IMG/VR virus record: IMGVR_UViG_2695421015_000002
DNA: 64,000 nucleotides
Direction: 5' to 3' (one strand)
Source of the DNA: a virus
Lineage: Duplodnaviria > Caudoviricetes
Shown here piece after piece: positions 9,541-18,108 of this stretch. Position 1 is the first letter of the stretch, and every line of letters starts with the position of its first letter. The notes below the pieces were generated by a model. The model saw nothing but the letters and a program-made list of their open reading frames with translations. It did not search any database and was not told the DNA's origin. The translations under genes were made by a program, and so were the position numbers.

Positions 9541-9948
9541 TTAGGCCGCTCGACGCTCCTCCCACATCTTCAAGCTCAGCTCCGAACGGAGACGCTTGAA
9601 GCCTGGGAAGTTGAGGTTCTGCTTCTGTGTGCCCCATTCGAGGTTGCTCGGTTTGTTGTTCGAGCTATCCTCGTCCAGGTGCATCACCACAGCCTCTTCG
9701 AACGGCTTTGCCCCGTGGAAGGCCTCGCACACCAGGACATGAACCTTGTGGGTCTTGCCCTTGTAGACGAGGACGAAGCGCAGCTCTTCCGGATCCCAAG
9801 TGCCGGTGGTCGGCACTCCGCCGTAGACCCTGAACCCGCCCTTAGGGAGCGGAGCCAGGTGGGGCAACCTCATCACTCTTCCGAGTGCAGAGGCGAGGTA
9901 CTCTGGAAGCCGGGGGATCGGCCTCCAGATCTCGTTGTTGTCGTTCAT
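9541..9948 (-). CDS. NUMOD4 + HNH homing-type endonuclease
   Basis: EIWRPIP..Y.AS..GRV (NUMOD4); VHVLVCEAFHG...HLD...NN..NLEW (HNH). Confidence 0.85.
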   Translation of the reverse strand: MNDNNEIWRPIPRLPEYLASALGRVMRLPHLAPLPKGGFRVYGGVPTTGTWDPEELRFVLVYKGKTHKVHVLVCEAFHGAKPFEEAVVMHLDEDSSNNKPSNLEWGTQKQNLNFPGFKRLRSELSLKMWEERRAA

Positions 9949-9969
9949 TACGCGGCTCGGCGACGTCGA

Positions 9970-10581
9970 CTAGAATGGAATTTCGTCGTCGAGGTCCGCG
10001 TTGCTGCGCGACGGGGCGCTGCGGCGTCCGCCACCTCTGTCATCGCTCCGGTCATCGTCACGGCGCGAGCTGCGCCCTTCCGAACGACCACCGCGGTCGC
10101 CACCACGATCATCACCGTCGTCGCGGGAACGGCGGCTGCTGCCGCGGCTGCCACGATCGTCAGCACCGCGATTATCGTCACGGCTGCTGCGCGAACCACG
10201 GTCATCGCCACCACGATCATCGTCGCGGTCACGGCTGCCGCCGCTATCGCCCTTCGTGGAGATCAGGTCGATCGACTGAACGACGATCTCGGTCTTGTAC
10301 CGATCCTTGCCGTCCTGATCTTCCCACTTCGTGGTCTGCAGCTTGCCCTCGACATATACCTTGTCGCCCTTGCTGAGGTACTGGTCGACGACCTTGATGA
10401 GTCCTTCGAGCCAGACGACGCAGTTGTGCCACTCCGTCTTCTCTTTGCGTTCGCCGTCACGGTCACGCCACTTCTCGGTGGTGGCGATGCTGAAGTTCGC
10501 CACCTTGGTTCCGTTCTGCGTTGAACGGATCTCCGGATCCTTGCCGAGGTTGCCGACCAGGATCACCTTGTTAACTGCCAT
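9970..10581 (-). CDS. ssb: Single-stranded DNA-binding protein
   Basis: [17 protein letters not shown]-fold motifs and C-terminal DDEIPF. Confidence 0.95.
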   Translation of the reverse strand: MAVNKVILVGNLGKDPEIRSTQNGTKVANFSIATTEKWRDRDGERKEKTEWHNCVVWLEGLIKVVDQYLSKGDKVYVEGKLQTTKWEDQDGKDRYKTEIVVQSIDLISTKGDSGGSRDRDDDRGGDDRGSRSSRDDNRGADDRGSRGSSRRSRDDGDDRGGDRGGRSEGRSSRRDDDRSDDRGGGRRSAPSRSNADLDDEIPF

Positions 10582-10642
10582 GTGCTCTCTCTCCTTCTCC
10601 GATTTGCATTAGCACAGCATTTGCATTCAAGCAAATACTTTC

Positions 10643-12217
10643 TCAAAAATCTGGCTTACGAAATAGCGACGCCTTGTCGTCGAAGCTCAGATCCACGATC
10701 CCGGTGAGGCCGGCGATCCGCTTGAGGCGGACCTTGGCGATGATCACCTGTCGTTCGTTCGGCGCCTCCGCGATCCGCTCCTGGTCCGCATGGACCACGA
10801 TGCCGAGGTCGGCCTTGTTGTACCAGTGCGCCGAGTCCGAGATGTTGTAGAGGGTCGGAACCGACTTCAGGTCCAACTTGGTCGGATGGGCCACGACGAT
10901 GACACAGACACCAAACTGCTTGGCGAACCGCTTCATCTTCTTGATCGCCTTTCCGACGTACTCGGTCAGCGAGATGTTCATCGGCCGGTTGTGCTCCAAC
11001 TCGTTCCACGGGTCGATGAGTAATACCTTGACGCCGTCCCGGAAGACGGCGGCTGCCGCTCTGTCCAGGATGAAGTCCAGGTCGATGTCCTGGTCGAGGG
11101 ACTCATCGTAGTCGATGAACTGGAAGTAGCGCTGTACGAAAGCCTCGGCGCGCTTCTTCTCTTCGAGAGACCATTCATCCTTCGCCTTGTCCAGGAAGGC
11201 CGTCATCAGCTCGTTCGCCAGGAACGGCTTGACGTCCTTCTCGCCCGAGAAGACAGCGACCGGCCACTTATGGCGCTTCGCCGCCAGCGTGACGATTTGG
11301 TTGATGAGGGTCGACTTACCGACGTTCGGGATACCAGTCGCGACCACGAACTGCCCCTGGTAGAGCTTCATGTGGTCGTCGAGCTTCTTCGAGATCCCAA
11401 GCTCGATCATCATCGGGATATCGAGATCTGGATAATCCGATAGGCGGAACAGTCCCTTTACCGGCCATGGCTTGGCATTCTCGATGATCTCGCGAACCTT
11501 CTCGGGACCGAAGTACTTCTTGACCTCGTTCATGTCCTTGCAGGGACGGAGCTTGCCTCGCTTCTTCTTGTCGGGCACGACATCGTCCTTCGGATATTCT
11601 ATCCAGAAGCACTTGGCCGCGCCGATGCGTCTGACCAGCTCCTTGGCGAGCCGGCCACCGGGTTCGTCGCCATCGACGGCGATGATGTGATATTTGACCC
11701 GCATGATCTGGTCCATCAGGCGAGCCATGAAGGCGAACTTGTCGTCGTCCTCAGGGTCGATATCCCGATCGTCGTCCGGGACGTGGATCAGCTTGCCGTT
11801 CTTGTCTCGCGCAGGGGGGGCTCCGTCCGGCACGGAGATGCAGGTGTCGTAGCCAGACAGCAGAACCGCGTGGCAGTCGGGCTCGCCCTCCACCCAGATC
11901 AGGGAGTCGGTACCAACCTCAAGCCGCGTCATCGTCTCCTCGTTGAGGAGGACGTTAGCGTTGTAGACCGTCTTGGTCGCACCGCGCTTCTGCATGAAGC
12001 GGCGCTCGCCGTCCTGAACCCAGCGGTACTTGCAGTTGACCTCGATATCGCCTTCCCAGTAGGGCCAGCACAGGACGTTCCCATTGGGATCGCGTTCAAC
12101 TATGACGTTGTCCTGCGAACCTCGCGAGAGACGCCCGCTGTAGAGCCCCATATCCGCCGCCAGCTCGACGCTCAGCTCGCGGTCCTCCAGTCCTCTCGCG
12201 TGTCTCTCGTTTAGCAT
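10643..12217 (-). CDS. TOPRIM primase / SF4 helicase (T7 gp4/Twinkle-like), lacking the N-terminal zinc-binding domain
   Basis: VEGEPD and DGDEPG (TOPRIM); GIPNVGKST Walker A, IDPWN, VAHP; ATG 12217. Confidence 0.88.
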   Translation of the reverse strand: MLNERHARGLEDRELSVELAADMGLYSGRLSRGSQDNVIVERDPNGNVLCWPYWEGDIEVNCKYRWVQDGERRFMQKRGATKTVYNANVLLNEETMTRLEVGTDSLIWVEGEPDCHAVLLSGYDTCISVPDGAPPARDKNGKLIHVPDDDRDIDPEDDDKFAFMARLMDQIMRVKYHIIAVDGDEPGGRLAKELVRRIGAAKCFWIEYPKDDVVPDKKKRGKLRPCKDMNEVKKYFGPEKVREIIENAKPWPVKGLFRLSDYPDLDIPMMIELGISKKLDDHMKLYQGQFVVATGIPNVGKSTLINQIVTLAAKRHKWPVAVFSGEKDVKPFLANELMTAFLDKAKDEWSLEEKKRAEAFVQRYFQFIDYDESLDQDIDLDFILDRAAAAVFRDGVKVLLIDPWNELEHNRPMNISLTEYVGKAIKKMKRFAKQFGVCVIVVAHPTKLDLKSVPTLYNISDSAHWYNKADLGIVVHADQERIAEAPNERQVIIAKVRLKRIAGLTGIVDLSFDDKASLFRKPDF

Positions 12218-12419
12218 TCTCTGAACCACTCCATGTGCAATGGTGGCAATTCCAAACCACCCCTTTGTCATCGATCTTCACGCTGAGGCACCGGATCTTC
12301 TTGTGCGACCCCTTGCGGGTGTGCGAGCAGTGCGGGCACAGCGTGTACTGGTTTCCGAACTTGAGGGACTTAACCTTGATGCCCTCTTCACCCAGGACCT
12401 TCCCGACGTCGATCGCCAT
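12096..12419 (-). CDS. Primase zinc-binding domain as a separate ORF
   Basis: CPHC...CLSV...WNCHHC. Confidence 0.8.
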   Translation of the reverse strand: MAIDVGKVLGEEGIKVKSLKFGNQYTLCPHCSHTRKGSHKKIRCLSVKIDDKGVVWNCHHCTWSGSENAKRETRERTGGPRAERRAGGGYGALQRASLARFAGQRHS

Positions 12420-13258
12420 CAGACGAACACGCCGGCATTGCGGATGCGGGACCGTGCAGCGTCCGAGCTTCCGCCCTTCTCACCCGGTTCCTCTGTCTCC
12501 CACCGTTCCTGGTTGAGCCAGGTGGTGGCGTGAGCGATGAACTGTTCGTTCTTCCGGTCCTTCTTGACCGCATCGCCCATCCGTTCCGCATAGATGCGGA
12601 GGCCGGCCATGATCGCTTCGAAGGTGACCCGATCCTCGCGCTCAAGCTTTTCGAGCTTGTCCAGCGCTGCCTTCTTGCTGGTGTTCTTCCGGCGCGGATA
12701 CAGATTCCAGAACTGCTCCCGATAATCCTCAGGCCACGGCGCAGTCTTGCGCCGCTTCTTCGGTTTGGGTTTGGGTTCAGAGTCTGGTTCTTGAGATGGT
12801 TCTAGTATACGGCTCTTCATGTCGGGCTCGCCGACATCGGTTGTCGCCGTGTTTGACATCCCTCGTCGCGGACGCTGACAACCCTCGTTGTTGTCGTTGT
12901 CGTAGGATGTCGCCGCTTTTGACATCCCCCCTGTCGGCTTATTTGACATGGGTCCGTCGTCGTTGATGCTCGGCTCTTGGGGCAGGTTCACCATCAGCCG
13001 GTACACCGACGATCGCTTGCCGCCGTTCTCGTGGAAGCGACGGGTCACCTCGATCAGGCCGATGGACTCCAGTGTCATCAGGCTGGTGTTCACCGTCTGC
13101 CGGGAGAGCATGGTCTTCGCGGCGATCGTGTTCTGCTTGGGATAGGTCTCGTTCTGCTCGTTGGCGTAGTTGGCCAGCGTGATCAGGACCAGCTTCAGGG
13201 TAGGCGTGATTTTTTCGTGATCCAGGTCGAACGCCCAGGTCAGTGCTCTCAGGCTCAT
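12419..13258 (-). CDS. Phage replication initiator (lambda O-like, N-terminal winged HTH)
   Basis: KLVLITLANYAN..TYP HTH; FWNLYPRR...TTWLNQERW C-terminal domain; internal iterons. Confidence 0.85.
   Translation of the reverse strand: MSLRALTWAFDLDHEKITPTLKLVLITLANYANEQNETYPKQNTIAAKTMLSRQTVNTSLMTLESIGLIEVTRRFHENGGKRSSVYRLMVNLPQEPSINDDGPMSNKPTGGMSKAATSYDNDNNEGCQRPRRGMSNTATTDVGEPDMKSRILEPSQEPDSEPKPKPKKRRKTAPWPEDYREQFWNLYPRRKNTSKKAALDKLEKLEREDRVTFEAIMAGLRIYAERMGDAVKKDRKNEQFIAHATTWLNQERWETEEPGEKGGSSDAARSRIRNAGVFV
12770..12949 (-). repeat. Iteron array and adjacent AT-richer tract, probable ori inside the initiator gene
   Basis: 19-bp units like ATGTC-N9-GACAT at 12819, 12841, 12863, 12907 and 12931 (22-bp phasing), next to GTATACTAGAACC and GAACC repeats. 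Confidence 0.75.
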
Positions 13259-13288
13259 TTTTTGTTCTCAGGGTTGGCGCCGGTCGGT

Positions 13289-13329
13289 TTGACAACCTTC
13301 CGGGGGTGGTGTATTTGCACGAATGCAAA
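13289..13329 (+). promoter_or_regulatory. Sigma70-like promoter overlapped by the 16-bp operator motif
   Basis: TTGACA (13289)-N17-TATTTG with TTTGCACGAATGCAAA at 13314-13329, in the divergent rep/ruvC gap. Confidence 0.55.
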
Positions 13330-13386
13330 AGCAAATGCAAGCCACGAGATGTGGTGATGCAAATTTGTCACGGACACTAGGGAACG

Positions 13387-13992
13387 ATGGGCTCCATCCT
13401 CGTAGCCGGACTTGACCCGGCACTGGCGAACTTCGGCATCGCTCGGATGTGGCTCGACCTGGAGACGCTCAACCTGCGCCTCGACCGGTTCCGCACTATC
13501 GTGACCGAGAAGCTGGCCGGCAAGAAGAAGGTCATCCGTCAGAACTCCGACGACCTGCGCCGTAGCCGAGAGCTGCACGAGGGAATGCACCAGGAGCTAC
13601 ACGGCTGCACCGCGGTGTTCGCCGAGATCCCGTCAGGCGCTCAGCATGCCCGTGCGGCGCTGGGCTTCGGCATCGCGATCGGCGTGCTTGCATCGTGCAA
13701 GATCCCGATGTTCGAAGTAATGCCCCTGGAAACGAAACTGGGCTCCGTGGGGAGCAAGACAGCCGGCAAGCCGGAAGTAATAGCCTGGGCTGCAAACCGA
13801 TATCCTGAGGCTTCCTGGCAGCGCTACGAGGCCGACACGCGAGGCAAATCGCCCCACAAAAAAGGCGACCTTCACGATGACAACGAGCACGTCGCTGACG
13901 CCATCGCGATCGTCCACGCAGGGATTTGTTTGCCTGACTTCAAAAATTTGCTGACCTTTCTGAAGGCAACTGCAACTGCAAATACACAGTAA
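13387..13992 (+). CDS. RuvC-like Holliday junction resolvase
   Basis: GLDPALANFG, AEIP and HVADAIAI acidic catalytic motifs. Confidence 0.85.
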   Translation: MGSILVAGLDPALANFGIARMWLDLETLNLRLDRFRTIVTEKLAGKKKVIRQNSDDLRRSRELHEGMHQELHGCTAVFAEIPSGAQHARAALGFGIAIGVLASCKIPMFEVMPLETKLGSVGSKTAGKPEVIAWAANRYPEASWQRYEADTRGKSPHKKGDLHDDNEHVADAIAIVHAGICLPDFKNLLTFLKATATANTQ

Positions 13993-14238
13993 AATCAAGC
14001 GTTTTCAGTGTTTTCACCCCGCTTTTGCGAACGAAGCGGGAACTATTTTTTTCTTGATACTGCTACGAACCTGGGGTAGTAGCCGTCGTTAGCATTGACG
14101 CAAATGGGTTGGAGAAGCATATGCAAACGCGGATTCAGAACGTTGAAAGATCGTATTAATTGTTATTCGAACCCGGGTTCCCGGGCACCAACTGTGGTTT
14201 TGTATTAAGCAAATCGTGCTAAAGGAAGGGCGCATCAC

Positions 14239-14958
14239 ATGGAACTGGCGCTACAAATGAAATCCCCAAAGGCTCAGACGCCCAAGCAGGTCGTCATTGA
14301 GTGGATCGATCACATCCTCGACCGCAAGCGGTGGAACGGTACCGAGCTTGCCAGGAAGTCGGGATTGGCTCCATCAACGCTTCTTCGGTTACTCAATGAT
14401 CCTGATCACCCGTTCGTTCCTTCGATGAAGACGCTTCAGAAGGTCGCTGACGGGTCGGGCATCCCGATTACCAAGAAGGTTCTGGAAGCAATTGGAGCCG
14501 ACGCTGAGGAGGCCGCAGACCTTACTACCGAAGGTGCGGCCCGCCGCAGCTCAGCACGACCCGCTGCTCGAACCGCAACCGTCGAGTTAAAGCATGTGTC
14601 GGCTTTGCCTGCATCTCTTCAGGCGGCTGCCGGATCGAGGCGAGACGGATATGTCCCGGCTCCTCCGCAGCTCGATGGAGACGAGACGGCATTCGCGTTC
14701 CATATGCCTGACGACTCTCTTTCCGACTGGTTCAAGGCCGGATCGCTGATGTTTGCCACTAAGCGCCGCGATCCGATCGCGGGCGACATGGTCCTCATTA
14801 TCACGAAGGACGGCAAGAGCCGGGTTCGGATTATGACCGGCATCGACGAGAACGGCCTGAGGATATCCAAGGGAATGTCGGCCGGTAATGAGGAGACGAT
14901 CGCGTTCAATGACATCCAGGATATCGCGATCGTCGCCGTCATAGTTCGGAACATTTGA
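14239..14958 (+). CDS. CI-like repressor (XRE HTH + S24-like C-terminal domain)
   Basis: TELARKSGLAPSTLLR HTH; AFAFHMPDDSL...GDMVLI S24 fold. Confidence 0.8.
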   Translation: MELALQMKSPKAQTPKQVVIEWIDHILDRKRWNGTELARKSGLAPSTLLRLLNDPDHPFVPSMKTLQKVADGSGIPITKKVLEAIGADAEEAADLTTEGAARRSSARPAARTATVELKHVSALPASLQAAAGSRRDGYVPAPPQLDGDETAFAFHMPDDSLSDWFKAGSLMFATKRRDPIAGDMVLIITKDGKSRVRIMTGIDENGLRISKGMSAGNEETIAFNDIQDIAIVAVIVRNI

Positions 14959-15336
14959 TCAGTTAAGCGGTCCGAACATCTCCTCGACCCGATCGACCAT
15001 CGATCGGATGATTGTGATCGGAGAGGTCATCACGTCGAGGTCGAAGTCTTTCCGGAGAGCTGAGAGCTTGGCAAGCCACCGCTTGTCAGCCTCCAGCTTC
15101 TTCGGATTGCACTGAGCCTTCCATTCCTCCTGCGAGATATCGAGTTGCGTCTTCGCGATCTCGAAGTCCAGATATTCCCTGAACTCCTTCAGTTGAGTTG
15201 CGACCTCCGTCATCGCCGGCTCGATCACGATTAGCCCGCTGCAAATCTCCTCCAGGATTTTAGGCAAACGGCTCTGGAATTGCGGATTGATGTCGCGTTG
15301 CACCGGTTGCTGCAAATTTTGCTTTGCAACCCTCAT
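14959..15336 (-). CDS. Hypothetical protein
   Basis: Coupled to the upstream XRE gene; convergent with the repressor. Confidence 0.6.
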   Translation of the reverse strand: MRVAKQNLQQPVQRDINPQFQSRLPKILEEICSGLIVIEPAMTEVATQLKEFREYLDFEIAKTQLDISQEEWKAQCNPKKLEADKRWLAKLSALRKDFDLDVMTSPITIIRSMVDRVEEMFGPLN

Positions 15337-15611
15337 TCTAGTTCCTTTCGATTTATGCGCCTTGCACCGTTGTCGATCGCCTTGTAGTCCTCTTCTGTGG
15401 GCTTGAATGGCCTCAGACCACGGTCGATCGCAGACAGCGCAAGAGCTGTTGATTTCGTGACACCTCTGGCCTCGTACTTGCCAACTGCCTGGGCGGTGAG
15501 CCCGAGATATTTGCCAAGTTCGAGCTGGCTGAACCCGCGCGACAACCGCCAGACTCTGACCTCGTGACCGTTAAGATACTTGCCGGAACCATTCCGGCCA
15601 CGCGAAGGCAT
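15333..15611 (-). CDS. XRE-family HTH regulator
   Basis: FSQLELGKYLGLTAQAVGKYE; GAGG RBS. Confidence 0.8.
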   Translation of the reverse strand: MPSRGRNGSGKYLNGHEVRVWRLSRGFSQLELGKYLGLTAQAVGKYEARGVTKSTALALSAIDRGLRPFKPTEEDYKAIDNGARRINRKELE

Positions 15612-15928
15612 ATCCTACCTCATTGGCCAGACTGCATTTGCGCAGCGGAGGTTATCAACGATGGTTGATTGTGATGGTTGCACTGTCATCTCTGCAGCTC
15701 GCTGAGGTCTTCTAGGATGTGCGATTCGGTGAATTGCACTCATGCAATCACCTCAAGCAGCCTTTGCACTTGCGGCAGGACGAAGCCTTGCCATGCAATT
15801 TGATTTCCACGCAGCGGCAATCAATCGAACAGCCTCCGTCCTGAGGACTGGCTGCTCGTTGAGAACCACCCATTTGCCATTTTTCCACGCCACGACGAAG
15901 AATAACGGCAGTTGTCGAGACTTCTTGC

Positions 15929-16210
15929 TCACGCAGATCCTCCCAGCGGTTCGATGAAATTGGAGATCGGACCATCAAGTTCATCAAACTGGTTGATGAT
16001 GCCGCGCCCATCCTTCTCATCGATCGGAATCCAGATCGAGAAGTTGACGCCCTGATCGTTGGTGAAGCGCTCGATGGTATCGATGATGCCGGTGGATCCG
16101 GCGGGGAGGGTATGCTCGATGTCTTCGTGGTCTGCGCCTTTGGTCTCGACCAGCATCTTCACGCGCTGGCCTGGCCTGAAGCCGTTGGCTTCCTTCAGCT
16201 GATCACCCAT
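15929..16210 (-). CDS. Phage hypothetical protein
   Basis: ATG 16210 with GGAG RBS; SH3/KOW-like FRPGQRVKM. Confidence 0.6.
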   Translation of the reverse strand: MGDQLKEANGFRPGQRVKMLVETKGADHEDIEHTLPAGSTGIIDTIERFTNDQGVNFSIWIPIDEKDGRGIINQFDELDGPISNFIEPLGGSA

Positions 16211-16580
16211 AGACGATCTCCCCAAGCAGGCATGCCTGCATGAAGACATCGGCGGTCTCTGCGTCTCCGGTCTCCTCTACTATCTCGACTACACGGGAGA
16301 GATAGTGCGCTGAGAGCCAATTCAGGCCGTTGATCACGGATTCGCGATTGAACGTGTACGTTATTTCATCATCCCAGACTTGCGCTTTGATTTCGAAAAC
16401 TCCCGACCAGAATTTGGTGTCGGAATACCACGGTATCTCGGTGACGTTCTCCCGGCTGGACTGTGGTTCAAAACATTGGAGCCAGTAATTTGAGCCGCCC
16501 TCAAGAGCGGTGCAAATCTGGTCGGTGATCTTGTCCCATGTGATCCCCGGGACCGGGATGTCGATTGTCGTGTCAGTCAT
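16203..16580 (-). CDS. Phage hypothetical protein
   Basis: ALEGGSNYW...DAETADVFMQ...GEIVYG pattern common in phage early proteins. Confidence 0.75.
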   Translation of the reverse strand: MTDTTIDIPVPGITWDKITDQICTALEGGSNYWLQCFEPQSSRENVTEIPWYSDTKFWSGVFEIKAQVWDDEITYTFNRESVINGLNWLSAHYLSRVVEIVEETGDAETADVFMQACLLGEIVYG

Positions 16581-16590
16581 GTCGATGCCC

Positions 16591-16779
16591 CTATGCAAAA
16601 TCCAGCTCGCCGTACCCGTCTTCCGGGAAGTCGTTTGACCGGCGATAGTCGCTGTTGTGTTGTGGATATGATTGGTTCGATCCGCGAGACGTGCGGATCA
16701 GGTTTCCGATGTCTGCTTCCCCGTCGACGTCTTCGTCGAGCAGCACGACGCTGCCTCGCTGGAAGTATTTCTTGGTCAT
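16591..16779 (-). CDS. Phage hypothetical protein
   Basis: ATG 16779, GGAG RBS, ATGA overlap. Confidence 0.55.
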   Translation of the reverse strand: MTKKYFQRGSVVLLDEDVDGEADIGNLIRTSRGSNQSYPQHNSDYRRSNDFPEDGYGELDFA

Positions 16780-16985
16780 TTGGATCTCCGTGCTGCAATC
16801 TCTCGCAGCTCTGTTCGCTCGGCCTGGGCCGTGCATTCGGTGTTGGCAGGCGCCCCGTGTTTCCAGCCGCGGCGCTTGTCGAGGCGCCACGATGTCCGGC
16901 AGCCCACGCACGTCGTCAGAGCGCGCTGGATCAGCAGGATGGCGTCAGGGTTGCTGGTTGAAGGTGCGAAGCGCCTGCTGGTCAT
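16776..16985 (-). CDS. Phage hypothetical protein
   Basis: ATG 16985 overlaps the upstream stop; CxxC. Confidence 0.5.
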   Translation of the reverse strand: MTSRRFAPSTSNPDAILLIQRALTTCVGCRTSWRLDKRRGWKHGAPANTECTAQAERTELREIAARRSK

Positions 16986-17758
16986 GCTGCTTCCTTTTCG
17001 AAGTGCTTGGCGCCAGTGCCGTGCGCCTCGATCGTGATGTCGGCCTTGCCGCCCGATCGATGTCCGCCGCACAGCAGGCAGTAGGCGCACTGGATCGCCT
17101 TGCCCATTTCAGCTCCTGCAGGGCAGTGGCCTTCGCCGTTGGCCTTGGCCTCGCCCTTCGGGCGGACCCGGTAGGTGCGGAAACCCCGCGCCTTCGCCAT
17201 GACGCGCTCGGCCTCGCTGTCACATGAGGCCATGCAGAACTCCGCCAGCTCCGGAACCTCTCGCCACCGATGTGTGTAGCCAGTCAGTTCGTCGACGAGC
17301 TGGAGCGCGACTTGCCAGATCTTGATCGGCACGGCGCCAGGATCGCCATAGGCGCCGATGCGGCATCGCTTGCGGGCCAGGAGCCTGCGGGCCTTGGCCG
17401 GCGTCATGTCGGGATAGATGCCGCGTTGAAGTCCGTCCCAGACCACGCGAGGTCCGTGCATGAGGGTCACGTAGCAGGAGCGCTCGATGTTCTTGAGGCG
17501 GCCTGTCTTGGGATCAGTGATGATGCGGCCCATGTGAATGCAGGTGCCGCAGATCGAAACGTCATCGCCCCTCTGGACCGCCTGCAGCGGGTTCTGATCA
17601 GCCCGCATGATGTAGATCTGGACCATCGGTCCGGTCTTGGAATTGCTGCCGCCGTCCTCCAGTCCGGTGGCAATGACAATAATCGGCTGGCCATCGATCA
17701 TTGATGGACCGCGGTACAGGACAAATCCGTTCAAAGGTCTCTCCTTGTTTGTATTCAT
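16982..17758 (-). CDS. Cys-rich phage protein, possibly Fe-S/radical-SAM-like
   Basis: NSKTG, CGTC, CYV, GDP, GYTH, CAYCLLC; ATG 17758. Confidence 0.7.
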   Translation of the reverse strand: MNTNKERPLNGFVLYRGPSMIDGQPIIVIATGLEDGGSNSKTGPMVQIYIMRADQNPLQAVQRGDDVSICGTCIHMGRIITDPKTGRLKNIERSCYVTLMHGPRVVWDGLQRGIYPDMTPAKARRLLARKRCRIGAYGDPGAVPIKIWQVALQLVDELTGYTHRWREVPELAEFCMASCDSEAERVMAKARGFRTYRVRPKGEAKANGEGHCPAGAEMGKAIQCAYCLLCGGHRSGGKADITIEAHGTGAKHFEKEAA

Positions 17759-18108
17759 GCAAACACCTGGTCGTGCTCGACCAACGCGAGTTCCGCTTCG
17801 GCGCGCTTCAGTTGGGTTGATAGGATGCGGATCTGCTTCCGCTTGCGGGCGACGAAGGAGGCGATGGCCTCCTCCTCGGTGTTGCAGGTTCACTGCTTGA
17901 TGGCTGTCAGCAGGACGAACCTGCCGGCAGCCCAAGCGCCCTTCGGTGTCCGCCGATCGACGCGCCACCAGGTGATCTCAATCCTGGGATCGGTGACGCC
18001 ATATCGGTCTGCATCGGGATCGATGCAGTAGGAGTAGCGCTTGGCCTCGCAGCGCCACAGGACATCCGTGCCGGCCGGAGCCCGCCCGAACGGATAGTGC
18101 TTCTTCAC
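17755..18108 (-). pseudogene. Phage hypothetical gene with an in-frame TGA at 17890-17892
   Basis: GTG 18108 overlaps the helicase stop; the frame continues after TGA (TCNTEEEAIASFVARKRKQIRIL...) to a stop overlapping the next ATG. Confidence 0.7.
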
